Origin: the human T2T-CHM13v2.0 reference genome, Homo sapiens
Strand: one strand, 5' to 3'
NCBI RefSeq assembly: GCF_009914755.1
Contig: NC_060931.1
DNA: 64,000 bases
Position 1 is the first letter of the stretch, and each line of letters opens with the position of its first letter. The position numbers and the translations under genes were made by a program. The notes beneath the pieces were generated by a model. That model did not search any database, was not told the DNA's origin, and worked only from the letters and a program-made list of their open reading frames with translations. Below, piece after piece: positions 27,285 through 38,989 of this stretch.

Positions 27285-30261
27285 AGCATGGCAGGTGTGT
27301 GCTGGGACAGGCATAGGCATAGGAACTTGCTCACAGACCATCTAAGATCAAAGGCCCCAGCTGCTGCAACCTGAAATCCATTTTTGAGGTCATGCTTCCT
27401 GGAGGTTGCTTTTGGACAATGACTGAACATGCAGGGATACAGAGGCAGGCCCATTCCTGGGACACATGGGGCTTTGATGGGTGTCTCCGGTGAGTATTTC
27501 CTCATGGTCTGGCCAAACCTTCCATCAACTGCACTGTGGTCTGGAACGCGTTCCCTCTTCCTTTCTTCCTCTTCTCACCTGGGGGCCTGACTTGCATTGA
27601 GGTTGTTGCCTCTCCCAGCTTCTTCTAGCTCCCTCCCTATTTTATGTCATCGGTGTTTCCTCTAATAAAATATTTACAACATTATTCACATCTGTGCATC
27701 TGCCTCTTGGAGGATTCAGACTAACGTAAGTGGTACCAGGAGTGGCCTAGGAAGGTAAGACAGGACTTGGGAGGGGCTTCCCCCACTGACAGCAGGTAAA
27801 GAGTGCCATCGAGGTTTGTGGATGGGACATGGATAGCCCTGGCACAAGATTGCAGACCAAGTTCTAAACATGTAATTGATGGTGAACCGGGAAAATATCC
27901 TGGTGGAGAGAAATGCTGTGGCAGGTGCAGGGATGCAGGCATTTGAAAAATACGGGGATGAGATGGAAGAGTGCCTGTAAGACAGAAGAGTTGGCAGGAT
28001 GCTGGTAAGTTGTACTGACTTGCAGAAGGATAATAAGAGACTGAGGCTATTAACAAGAAGTTAATGGCTCAGTGAAAATCCAGAGAACCTCTGTGGTCAT
28101 TTACCAAGAGAAGGACAGGCACAAGTAAACAGCAGACTGGAGATTGTAGGAGTCTCTAAAGCTGTGAGGCATAGACAGGGCAGGTTGCTTATGGAAGGTT
28201 AGAACTCTGGTGGGAGAAATCTGGAGTCCAGTAACCTGGGGCAGGGCTATCTGGGTGGATGCTGGTGATGTTGACCCTGCAACTGCTCAAGGATCTGCTG
28301 GGCTTGCAGAGGTGGCCCACAGCCCCCTACCAAGTGCCAACCCTCCTGCTATGCTGAGAGGGCTGCAGAAACTCCTCTCACTTGAGTCAATGGGAGTCTC
28401 ACTCAGCAAGTTCCCTGAGTCCTCTGCAAGCTGCCAAGACAACAGACAGGTCAAATACTAGTACAGCTTAGCTGGAGACATTCTGTGCCTGATAAGAGAA
28501 AAATGGACTCTGTTCTTACAGGTTTGCAAAATGTAGTAGTCATATGCCCCTAGGATTGGATTTGATGATGGATGAGCAAAAGGACCAGAATATATATAAT
28601 CCCTCAAATCAATGAATTATTATTTATGCATATGTATGGACATAAGTAATATATATGCATATATATTCATATATATACATATATATGCATAAATAATAAT
28701 TCACTGATTTGAAGGTACTTTATCAGGACACAGGACTTAACAAGGACCCCAAGAGATGGGGCAAATTGATGCTGGGGTGGCTCTTAGAAGTCTGGAGATA
28801 ATGATGGCTAGCTCTTGGGGAAGTAGAAATGACACAGCTATTGTGGAGTTGGCAGAGAAAGGAACAAAGAGATTGAGGGAGGAGGTCATGCCAAAATGCA
28901 TGGCTATGTGAAACCAGAAGGTTCACTGGAAGAGTGTGTTCCAAGAGAGGGCTTAGATGACTCAGTGTCACCCAAACCCATCAGGGATGTGATGATGAGA
29001 GGGGCACAGCCTCCTCAGGAAATTTGTTGGTGGCTCTCCTTTGCAGGCAGGCCAGGAATGAATGTAGAAGTGGCAGGCACAGGGCTGGGCTCCTTGACAT
29101 TGATGGGGTGATGGGGTCCTGAAGTAATAGTGTCCCAGGGGTGGTGCTTAACACTGGAAGGCAGGAAGCAGAAAATACTGCAATGACCAGCAAGACTGAT
29201 CCACTGGAGATTGGGGGCTTCCCATTCCCTCCACTCTGGACTCTGCAAGGTGTAAGTCTTGGTCCCCAAATGGAGCACAGACTTACCAGCAGCCATAGCA
29301 AGAGTCCCATTGAATTGCAAGTGATGGCTGCCTCTAGGGCATTTGGGGCTCCTTGTGCCCAGAGACCAGCAGACAGGAAGTCACCACAGTGATCATAAGT
29401 GACCCTAACTAGTAGAAGTATGTGGGACTGTTTTTACAAAATGCAGACAGAGAGAAACAGAAGAGGAACCCAGGTGACACTTTGGCTCCTCCCCATATGT
29501 CCTTGTACCATTGTGACAATGGATGGACATGGGATGTGATCCTGGACTGGGAAGGACAAAACTATGAGGTATTAGGGACCCTCAAAATGAAACTTTGGAT
29601 TACAAAATCCAGACAAAGAAAGCCAACAATATGGGCTGAGGTGATATCTGAGGGTGAGGATAATTCATAGACTCAGGAGGCCGGGGCAGGAACGAAGAAT
29701 GTCATGTGGCCCTGAGATCCACTGCAACTGAGGTTCCTCCCACTCATCTCCTTCTGAGTTTCTCAGGAAGAAAAGCCCACGGGAAACAGAGGAACTGTTT
29801 CTCAAAGCTGCACAGAGAAGTAAATCAGCTCAGTGCAAGAGGTGGATTGCGGTGGCCATCAGAACGCACCTGCCAGACCTCCAGCTGCAGGGAGTGTAAC
29901 TGACCCGGGACTTAAGTTGCTTGATCTGAGTTCCATGTGGCATCATACAGAGGACACCCCTGTCCCACAGGCTGCTCCAACCCAGTGACTGACTATGGTA
30001 GGTTTACTAAGGCTGGACCATTCCTGGGAGGCACGGGGTTCCCCCAATGATGACTCAGCCCAAGGACTCCCCGAGGGCCTTGCACAGTGGTCCTGGACAA
30101 CTTGCACCACCCTTTCTTTCCTCTTTCCCTCACCTGTGATCAGGCTTGCATTGAGGTCTGATGGCTCCCCGAGGGTCACTCACAGGAGTTTCCACTGTGA
30201 AAATCCTTGTGTGCTTAATATTGTCTCAGCAGCAGTTTCTCAGAGGGCCCAAACTCACACA
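27285..30261 (+). mobile_element. ERVL-class (LTR16/HERV16-like) provirus with two LTRs and a deleted ~2.1-kb interior
   Basis: 5' LTR ends ...gaggattcagactaacg, then PBS tggtaccaggagtgg (27731-27745); purine-rich tract then 3' LTR tgcggtggcc (29848) to ...ggcccaaactcacaca (30261); LTRs share ccattcctggga and cttgcattgagg blocks. Confidence 0.72.
28601..28715. repeat. Inverted repeat (33-38 bp arms) around a TA-rich spacer
   Basis: ccctcaaatcaatgaattattatttatgcatat (28601-28633) matches the reverse complement of 28683-28715 at 31/33. Confidence 0.93.
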
Positions 30262-31037
30262 GGCAGCACTCGTTTAACTCAGCGTGACTTGCGCTATAAA
30301 GTGAAGAAAAGGCAGCTTCAGCAACTCATCCAGGATCATAAAAGGACTTAGCTACAGAGTTGGGGCTAGTTTGCTCTAGTCATGGCAACATGTACTGCCC
30401 ACCATATCGTGCCAAGTACGATGCCAGGCTGTGGGAATGTAGAGATTAACTGTAATTTTCCTTCTTCTCCAAAGGAGACGACTCTCTCCCGGGGTTGTAG
30501 CATGGCTTCTCTGTTTAGTATGGCCAGAAGGGATGAGCCGTGGAGCGCAGGTTAAGTCTAATGCCCTCAGATCCAGAGAAGAATTAGCTACTCCAGCATT
30601 CCGATTGTGTGTGCTATCCTTAGTTGGACAGAGGTTCTGCTCAGTGCCCAGCAGACCCAGCCAGGTCTCAGCGATGAATGCAGCACCCGCAGGAACTGCA
30701 CTCTTGGCAATTTCCAGTGGCTGTGCTGTCACAGCACACAGCAGTTCCCACAAGATCCCTCTCCTTGCCCATAGCCGGGATGGACACCCTTCTCTGTATG
30801 AGCCATGTCCTGATTAGGATTGGAGGCTAGTGGAGGACGGTGCAGCAACAATGTGAGAAGATGCTGCCATCTGCCTTTTACCACCCTTTTATCTTCCTAT
30901 CACACCTGCCATCCTTTGGCATATCTAGGGAAGATCCAGCTTTCTTTAGGCACAAAGAAAATTCAAGGGAATCAGTACTTTGAACTTGAGTGGTGCTCAG
31001 ATCTGTATATCAATGTGTGATGATGGATGGAATCTTA

Positions 31038-31151
31038 TCTGCATTCATACCTATGAATAGGTCTGCATTCACACCTATGAATAGTTCTGCATGCATACCT
31101 ATGAATAGTTCTGCATGCATACCTATGAATAGGTCTGCATGCATACCTATG
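31038..31151 (+). repeat. 24-bp minisatellite (~4.8 units)
   Basis: tctgcat(t/g)catacctatgaatag(g/t) tandem units. Confidence 0.93.
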
Positions 31152-31254
31152 CATTAGTTGGAGACAAATTGGTAACAATGGCATAATTGCATTATACTAG
31201 CAGAGAATAGCAAAAGCTTAATTAACAGGAATGTCCAGAACTCTCAGATAACTT

Positions 31255-31610
31255 GCATCAGTTATCCAAGGCATCTGTAACGAAATACTACAGATGTAGC
31301 TAAAACAAGATAAATTTATTTTTCACCAGTTCAAGATCAGGGTTGGTCTCTCCTGAGGCCCCTCTCTTTGGCTTAAAGTTGCCATCTTCTTCTTGTGTCC
31401 TTACATGGCCTTTTCTCTGTGTGTCTGTGCCCTGATCTCCTCTTCTTATAAGGACACCAGTCCTATTGGATTAGGATCAACCCTAATTAAAATATTTTAA
31501 CTTAGTAATCTCTCTGAAGACCCTCTCTCCAAATACAGTCACATTCTGAAGTATTGGAGGTTAGGACTTCAACATTAAAATTTTGAGGGCACACAGTTCT
31601 GTCCATCATA
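31255..31610 (-). mobile_element. MLT1A-like MaLR LTR
   Basis: ctcttcttataaggacaccagtcctattggattagg...ccaaatacagtcacattctgaagtattggaggttaggacttcaaca. Confidence 0.85.
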
Positions 31611-31964
31611 CCTTTTTTTGTCATTGACTTCTAGGAGAAATAAGCCAAATTTATTTGTTTTATTTTGTTTTTAAGTGTACATCAAAAATTTAATTTTTAA
31701 AAACTGTTACAATATATATTATTGTGTCAAGACAAAATAAACTCAGTATTTCACCCTACATGGCTTGCAAAGTTTCTGTAACCCACCTGAACCTGAAAGA
31801 AGATTATGGTGGCATGTCCTGCAGATCAGCTTTTGTGAGCAGTGGACGAATGAGCGGCACACGCTTTCCTGAGTAGAGGGCATCTTGCTATATCTAGGGA
31901 GTGTCCCACTATATCTTGATAAAGAGCAGCTCCTTGAGAAACAGCCACTTAGGGAGTGGGGTGG

Positions 31965-32317
31965 TGATATGGTATAGGTCTGTGTCCCCACCCAAATCTC
32001 ACCTTGAATTTAATAATCCCCACCTGTCAAGGGCAGGACCAGGTGGAGATAATTGAATCATGGGGGATAGTTTCTCCCACGCCATTCTCCTGTTAGTGAA
32101 TTTCACGAGATTGGATGGTTTTATAAGGGGGTTCCCCCTTCATTCGGGACTCATTCTCTCTCCTGCTGCCCCGTGAAGAGTTGCCTTCCATCATGATTGT
32201 AAGTCTCCTGAGGTTTCCCTAGCCATGTGGAACTGTGAGTCAACTGAACCTCTTTTCTTCAATCATTACCCACTCTTGAGTCTGTCTTTATTAGTGGCGT
32301 GAAAACCGACTAATACG
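31965..32317 (+). mobile_element. THE1 (THE1C-like) solo LTR
   Basis: tgatatggt...gtgtccccacccaaatctcaccttgaat ... gactaatacg; 5-bp TSD ggtgg. Confidence 0.93.
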
Positions 32318-32774
32318 GGTGGGGAGAGGATGCAGCCCCTTCCCCACATGCCCTGCAGCTGCCAGATCCCCTTCTACACGTTCTTGTTCCATGTTTGTGC
32401 CATAGTCACAAATGTCCTAAACGGCAGCCATCAGTCTCCACCCAACTCCATGTCTATAAAACGTGGAGGGCATTTGTTGAGTTATTAAATCAGGAAAACA
32501 TACTTTAAAAATTCAAGGTTTTTAACAACATAAGCCGTTTTGTTTTTTCACAAAGTCAGGGCCACATCATAGCATTTCAAGTCTTATAATAAATCTGTGT
32601 CCTGTGTTTAGTGCTCAGCTATATTCTCTAGAGAATTAGCCCATCTCTAAGCCATAGCAGTAGGATGGTCATATGATTTAGGTAAGAAAATTAGGCCACA
32701 TTGTAGAAAGCAGATTTTTCTCAAGGACAACTAAGATATTGGCTCTGAAACTGGCTGAAAGCAAGCCTGGTACC

Positions 32775-32890
32775 TGCTTGGTGATGGTATCACAGGTGTT
32801 TGCATATGTCCAAACCCATCAAGTTTTACGCATTAAATATGTGCAGTTATTTGCATACCAATTGTACCTCAAAAACGCCGCTGAAAAAGA
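32775..32890 (+). mobile_element. L1MB 3' terminal fragment
   Basis: gtgatggtatcacaggtg...cattaaatatgtgcagtt...caattgtacctcaa. Confidence 0.65.
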
Positions 32891-32914
32891 AAATTTAAAA
32901 TATGGTTCGGGAGG

Positions 32915-33004
32915 ACACACAGAAAAACACACACAGACAAACACACAGTTACACACAGAGACACAAACACAGTTACACAGAGACACACACACAGGCACAC
33001 ACAC
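32915..33004. repeat. Imperfect (CA)n microsatellite
   Basis: Interrupted acacacag units. Confidence 0.85.
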
Positions 33005-33247
33005 CTAGCATATTTTGTATAATAATCTGTTTCTAACACCTTTGCAAATAAATCACAATATAAATACTTTGGAGGCACCAGAAGATGTAGGCTGCTGCCA
33101 GGTGACTCTGAAATCGAACGCTGCTCCACCTGGATGATGAGATGGACTTCTTTGAGATGCTTTTCTGGGAAGGGTTCTCAAGGTAGGGGGGCCCTAGGTT
33201 GGGGGGTTTCTCCATGGAAAACTGGCTCCCAGTTCTGGACTTCCTAG

Positions 33248-33632
<385 letters not shown>

Positions 33633-34152
33633 CTACATGCTGATGCTTTTCAAGTCTTACCTTTGGGAAAGAAATGGAAACCATTTTCATTATGTCTTGG
33701 CCAAGGTACGAATACAGTGGTTTGGATTTTGTGGTTAAAAAAAAAGTGAAGACAGAATCAAACTGGAGAGGAGGAGGAAAGAAACAAAAAGGAATGGAAA
33801 AGGATGTAACGTGTCTTGCATTTTAAACTGCAGGGACAGCCTTAGTCGGTTTCCAAAATTAGACCCCAGTGACTGCCTGTGGTTTGATGACATTTTTTTC
33901 AATCTCCATGGGTCATAAGAGTTCAAGAAGGTTTCGATACATTAATGAATGTCACAGAAGACTCTAAAGTCCATAGTGGACATGGGCCAGCCCCGTGAGG
34001 CTCGGCCCCTGGTTTTCTATCTTTGACTATAGCACTAAGGACAACAATAATAATAAAAAAAGACACAATCAACTTTCTTGTTTTTAAAAACTTATGTAAG
34101 AAATTTCTTCTCATTTGTGAAGAGACCTTTGAATGACATTGTTGACAGCTGA

Positions 34153-35034
34153 TGTGATACCTCGATTCTTATCTTCTTGGTTTAAAAGAATTTAAACAAG
34201 AGACACACAGCAAAGGAGGTGTAGCATAGAGTAATTTAGTTCAAAAGAAAAAGAATATTCTGAAAGTTAGATGCAGAAGAGACAGGATGTCTTGAATGAG
34301 GATTCAGGGCTGGCTGCCTGTGAGGATGAGACAGCAGAGGCTGGCTCTAGGGAGACTCCCTTTACAGAAGTCTTACCTCATTCTTCCTAAGTGGGTGGGA
34401 AAGGGCATTGCCAGGAAGCATGTTCTGAGTGGTCTTCTGGGTGCACATACACAGTAGCTGTACACACTTTTTCATATGTCACATGTCTCATCAGCATCTT
34501 TTTTTTTTTTTTTTTGAGATGGAGTTTTGCTCTAATTGCCCATGCTAGACTGTAATGGCACGATCTGGCTCTCTGCAACCTCTGCCTCCCAGATTCAAGC
34601 AATTCTCCTGCCTCAGCCTCCGAAGTAGCTGAGATTACAGGCATGCACCACCACGTCCAGCTAATTTTGTATTTTTGGTAGAGACTAGGTTTCACCATGT
34701 TGGCCGGGCTGGTCTCGAACTCCTGACCTCAGGTGATCCACCCACCCAAAGTGCTGGGATTACAGGTGTGACACTGCGCCTGGCCTCATTAGCGTCTTAA
34801 ATCTCCAAACGGGGGTGTGTTTTTTGCTATTATAATGATCAAAGGGTCTATTTGAGGACAGATAAAATCAAAGTGCACCTGCTCTCCAGAGGGGGCAGTC
34901 CTTACTGAAGATAGCTTCCCTTGAATGAGCTCAATTACAATGCGAATGCTGAGGCTTACTGTGTTAATTGTAGGGTCACCACGATTGCTATGTCCCGAAA
35001 ACACGGTCACTTCCCTGATACCTATCCTGCTTCA
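34153..35034 (-). mobile_element. MER66-like ERV1 solo LTR with nested Alu
   Basis: On the minus strand it begins tgaagcaggataggta and ends ...aagaatcgaggtatcaca (TG...CA), resembling MER66. Confidence 0.8.
34499..34785 (-). mobile_element. Alu (AluSq/Sp-like) in the LTR
   Basis: Antisense Alu; TSD tcatcagcatctt / tcattagcgtctt. Confidence 0.95.
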
Positions 35035-36529
35035 ACATCAGAGAGACTTTTGGGAGATGCTTGGCGTGTCCCCTCTGCCACTGTTCCTCTCGGGCTCCCT
35101 GGGCTTCTCAGGCTCCGTGAGTTTCCGTGTTCTTCCCTAATGTCCAGAAGCCTCATGCAGAACGTCACCCACAGCTGTGCCTCCTTGGTAGGATTCGGTT
35201 TCCAGACACCTTCTCTTCCTAATGTCACATTAAACCTCTGAGAAACACACAGAACACCACTGGCTAGATGCCCAAACTGGGAATTTCAGCAAACTAAAAC
35301 TTGGATAGCAAGGAGAATCCACATGGTCATCCATAATTAGAATACTGGGGATGCAACAATGACAAGGACTAGTTTATCACACAGCATTTACCCCACGCCA
35401 GGCACGGGGCTGCGGACTGCGTATTTACCATCCTCTAACCCACAGAAGCCTGGCTGAGGTAGGGATCGTGGTTATTTGTTTTTCACCGATGGAGGGGACT
35501 GAGACATAATTCAATACCGAAGTGAATATTCTGTCTCAATCATGTACTTCAAACATGTTTCACCAGGGAGATATCTCCTCATTAGAGAGACCTGAAAGCG
35601 AGCTAAATGAAGAGATTAAATGCATCTTCCTGGAAGGGGAAGGAAAAGCCCTCCTCTTGTCCCTGATCAGAAGTTCTCTGTTAGATGGCTGCTGCAAGCT
35701 GTTTAAATGATTCACGTAAGAATTGCCATGAATGATGTGAAATTCAAGTGCATGTATTATCTGGGGAAATAACACTTCAAAAGAGACCACAAAAGACTAT
35801 TTCATTATGTGACTGTTGGTATGCATTTTAGGCCTTGGCCAGAGCTAGTTCTGAATACAATCTTTATTCACTCCTGAATCATACCCCAGACCCCCTGTTC
35901 ACACAGCAACAGCTTTGGAAAAGAGCCTGGGACGCCAGAGGATCCAGGGGAGAGTACAAAGGCACCATGGATATTCTTTCAAAACCTGACTCAGGAATCC
36001 CATTCCCCCTCTCACCCACCCACTCAGCAAACTGAAGGGAGCTTTTCAGATATTTCCACTGCATTCGGATTTCTCTCCCCTTTCATTAGAATTGAGAAAA
36101 TGGAAGCCAAATTGCAAAGGGATGCAGGCATGTTTGACGCAAAGGCATAATTTAGGTTTCAAAATAACTTTAAGAAGGTCACAGGAAAAGACTTTGGTTC
36201 CAGCAAGGGCAATCTGAGAATTAGTAAGCTCTCACAAATAATCACTCAATTTGCCTAGTTTAAGTATGATTAAGTTAAATGACAAGAAACTAACAAATGC
36301 CGCTGGGGTTCTGCAATTGCCAGGTGATTCATATGAGTTAGTAGGACCTAATAGCTGGTTGCAAGTCTATGTCAGATAAAAAAAGAATGACTTTGCTTTT
36401 CATCTAGAGCAGTAGTCTACAAACATCATTAATAGTGTGCTCCCACAGTAAGAAATGCTTGAGCGTATAGCCTTCATTCATGTTTGCACATGTGTTGAAA
36501 AAAATGTATACGTATGTTCCTGTATGTGA

Positions 36530-36780
36530 AACAGCTGGTGACATAAATTCTGACGAATACTCTCTGGGCTTGAATCCCAGTTCAGCCACTTATTTGTTGT
36601 AGGCCTTGGTGGTTCACTAACCTAATCATGCTTTAGTTTCCTCATCTATAAAATGAGAATGATAACTATTAGTACACTAATAGTTGTTATGAGAATTAAA
36701 CTACTTAATACATATAAATCACTTTGAGCAGTGCCTGGCATATAATGGGTTCTATAGAATGTTAGCAGTTATTGTAGCTG
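36530..36780. mobile_element. MIR
   Basis: ttgaatcccagttcagccactta...tttagtttcctcatctataaaatgagaat...cagtgcctggcatata. Confidence 0.8.
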
Positions 36781-37062
36781 TATTAATATATAAAATTGAT
36801 ATATTATAATTAACTATATATAATTATATATGATATTATAATCATTAAATGTAATATAATCTATATAATCATAATTAATATATAACATAGATGATATATG
36901 CTAATATAGTTTCAATCATTGCTAACATTCTGTAGCATTTGTTATATGCCACTTCTCCAAGTGAGATATATGTGTATATTTTATATATATATAAAATATA
37001 TGTATATTTTAAGATATTATATATAAATTCTATATTTTATATATAAAATTCTATATTATATA

Positions 37063-37296
37063 TATCCATCCCCTCTGTGGTGGAAAAGGTTTCATGTAAT
37101 CAATCTTTCACCAGGTGAATGACTCAATGGTCCTCCTGGGGAAACTTGGCATGTAATAGGTGCAGTGTTGGTCTCTGCCGTTGACAAGAGTAGACAAGTC
37201 AGCCTTCATAAGGGGAAGACTATATTGTTGAGCTTTGCATAGGCTTCATCCCTGCTACTGTAAACATTTTATCAATGGGCCCATTGGGCAATAAGT
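37063..37296 (+). repeat. 234-bp direct copy of 39225-39458 embedded in a TA-rich tract
   Basis: Gapless manual alignment with 13 mismatches; TA-rich low-complexity DNA on both sides. Confidence 0.95.
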
Positions 37297-37463
37297 ATAT
37301 TATACATATGTTTTATATATAAAATATATATATTTTACTACATACAAAAACAGAGGTTTTGAAAGGATGAGATAAACCTATACATAACTTCTGATATTTT
37401 TATCTAGCACCCCAATGGATGGCTTAAGAGCCCATTAGGGTGTATACATTCTAGTCTAGATAT

Positions 37464-38140
37464 CAGGGACCGGCAATCATTTTCTCTAAAGGGTCGGATA
37501 GTAAATATTTCAGCTTTGCAGGCTATAACAGTCTCTGTAGCAAATACTCAATTCTAGTATTGTAGTACAAGAGCAGCCATAGACGATTTCAAAATGAATG
37601 TGCTTGGGTGTGTGCCAATAAAACTGTGTTTATAAAAAAACAGATAAAGAGTATATATACATTCAGGTGACTTTGCAAAGAATTAAGGAAGTTGAATCTA
37701 GCAGATAATCCCAAGGATTGACTAAGCTCAATTTTCCCACTCATGTCCCCAGCAGTGCCTGGGGAAGAGCTCTTCTCTGGACTTGGCTTCAAAGTTCAAG
37801 CATCCCTTCACCACAGCGCTCGCCTTAGAGGCTGCTAAGACAGAAACCCTTGACCTTGTTCTCCATCAGAGCATCAAAGAGCCATCATTCGGACTCGAAA
37901 AATACCAGCCTTCCTTCATGTATTCTGTGACAATGATTACTTCCTTTCCTTGCACTCCTGTACTCACTTCACTTATCCAACAGTAAGACTGTTGGGTTTC
38001 GGTTAGACTAGTTAGAAAGTGAGCTGAGGAGCACATTAGTTATTAAAATGTTAGGAAGCTTAAAACAAAACAAAAAAACAAACAAAAAACAGAAAAAGAG
38101 ACAGATCTGGCCCTTGGATAGTTTGCCCACTCCCACCCTG
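37464..38140 (+). mobile_element. MER58A split by a retroposed insert
   Basis: cagggaccggcaa...ccaataaaactgtgtttataaaaaaacag, resuming after 38084 with cagatctggcccttggatagtttgccc. Confidence 0.8.
37652..38083 (+). pseudogene. Retroposed polyadenylated 3' end (truncated processed pseudogene or orphan transduction), source unidentified
   Basis: ATTAAA at 38042-38047, A-rich tail 38062-38083, TSD aaaaaacaga(t/a)aaagag at 37635-37651 and 38084-38100 (16/17). Confidence 0.8.
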
Positions 38141-38989
38141 GAGGAAAGAATGAGGGCAAATGGGTAAGAATTACAGAGAGCCGGACCCAGCTCTCCATGA
38201 GAAAGAACACTCCAGCATTGTTAGCTGTCTCTCATTAGCAAGCTTCCCAGCACTGGGATTATTTAAGCAGAAGCTGGAGACTTACCCCCATGGATAATTC
38301 TGCAGCAATTCTGAGTTTTGTAGGTGAAACTAGACATACTTTACAGATCTTTCTAAATCTAAGATTTAATTATTGTTATCCTAAGTAGTGGTGAATGTAG
38401 GTCATCATATTTGTTCTTGGAGGTCTGGAAGTGAAATATAAAATCATTACTGTGTCTGAGAAAGTAAAGAAGAAATCAGAGCATCAGGAACAAAGTATAA
38501 GATTGAGAAAAGAAATTCACAATAAATAAACGTACCATTTCTTAAAAGATACATTAGAGTGTTTGCATAAGCAGGTGATACTAGTAAGTATATATGGCTT
38601 TTCACGATATTTTCTATAAAATGAAATAGGAGGTAATTTTAACCTATAGCAAAATTCTAACTTATAATCAGATGTTAAAGTTGCAGTTTTCAATATCAAT
38701 TTGGGATCCATACATGATCCCAAAATTAATTTTGAGTTCAGAATTTTCACTGACAGCAGCAAAATGCTGTAAGTGTCTTATTGGGTATAATAAGTAAAGT
38801 AAGAAAATGTGCTCCCAATTTCACACCTTGGTTTCCAGTCCATGCATTCTGTCTTTTGGGAGGAGAGAATTATGTAAGAGTCTCATTCAAAAGTTACGCT
38901 GAATTCTGGAAGACAGAAGCCCATCTTTTTAGGATGTTGTCTTCCGCATCCTTAACTGAGTCTTCAGCAAGCCATTCCACCTGTCAGCT

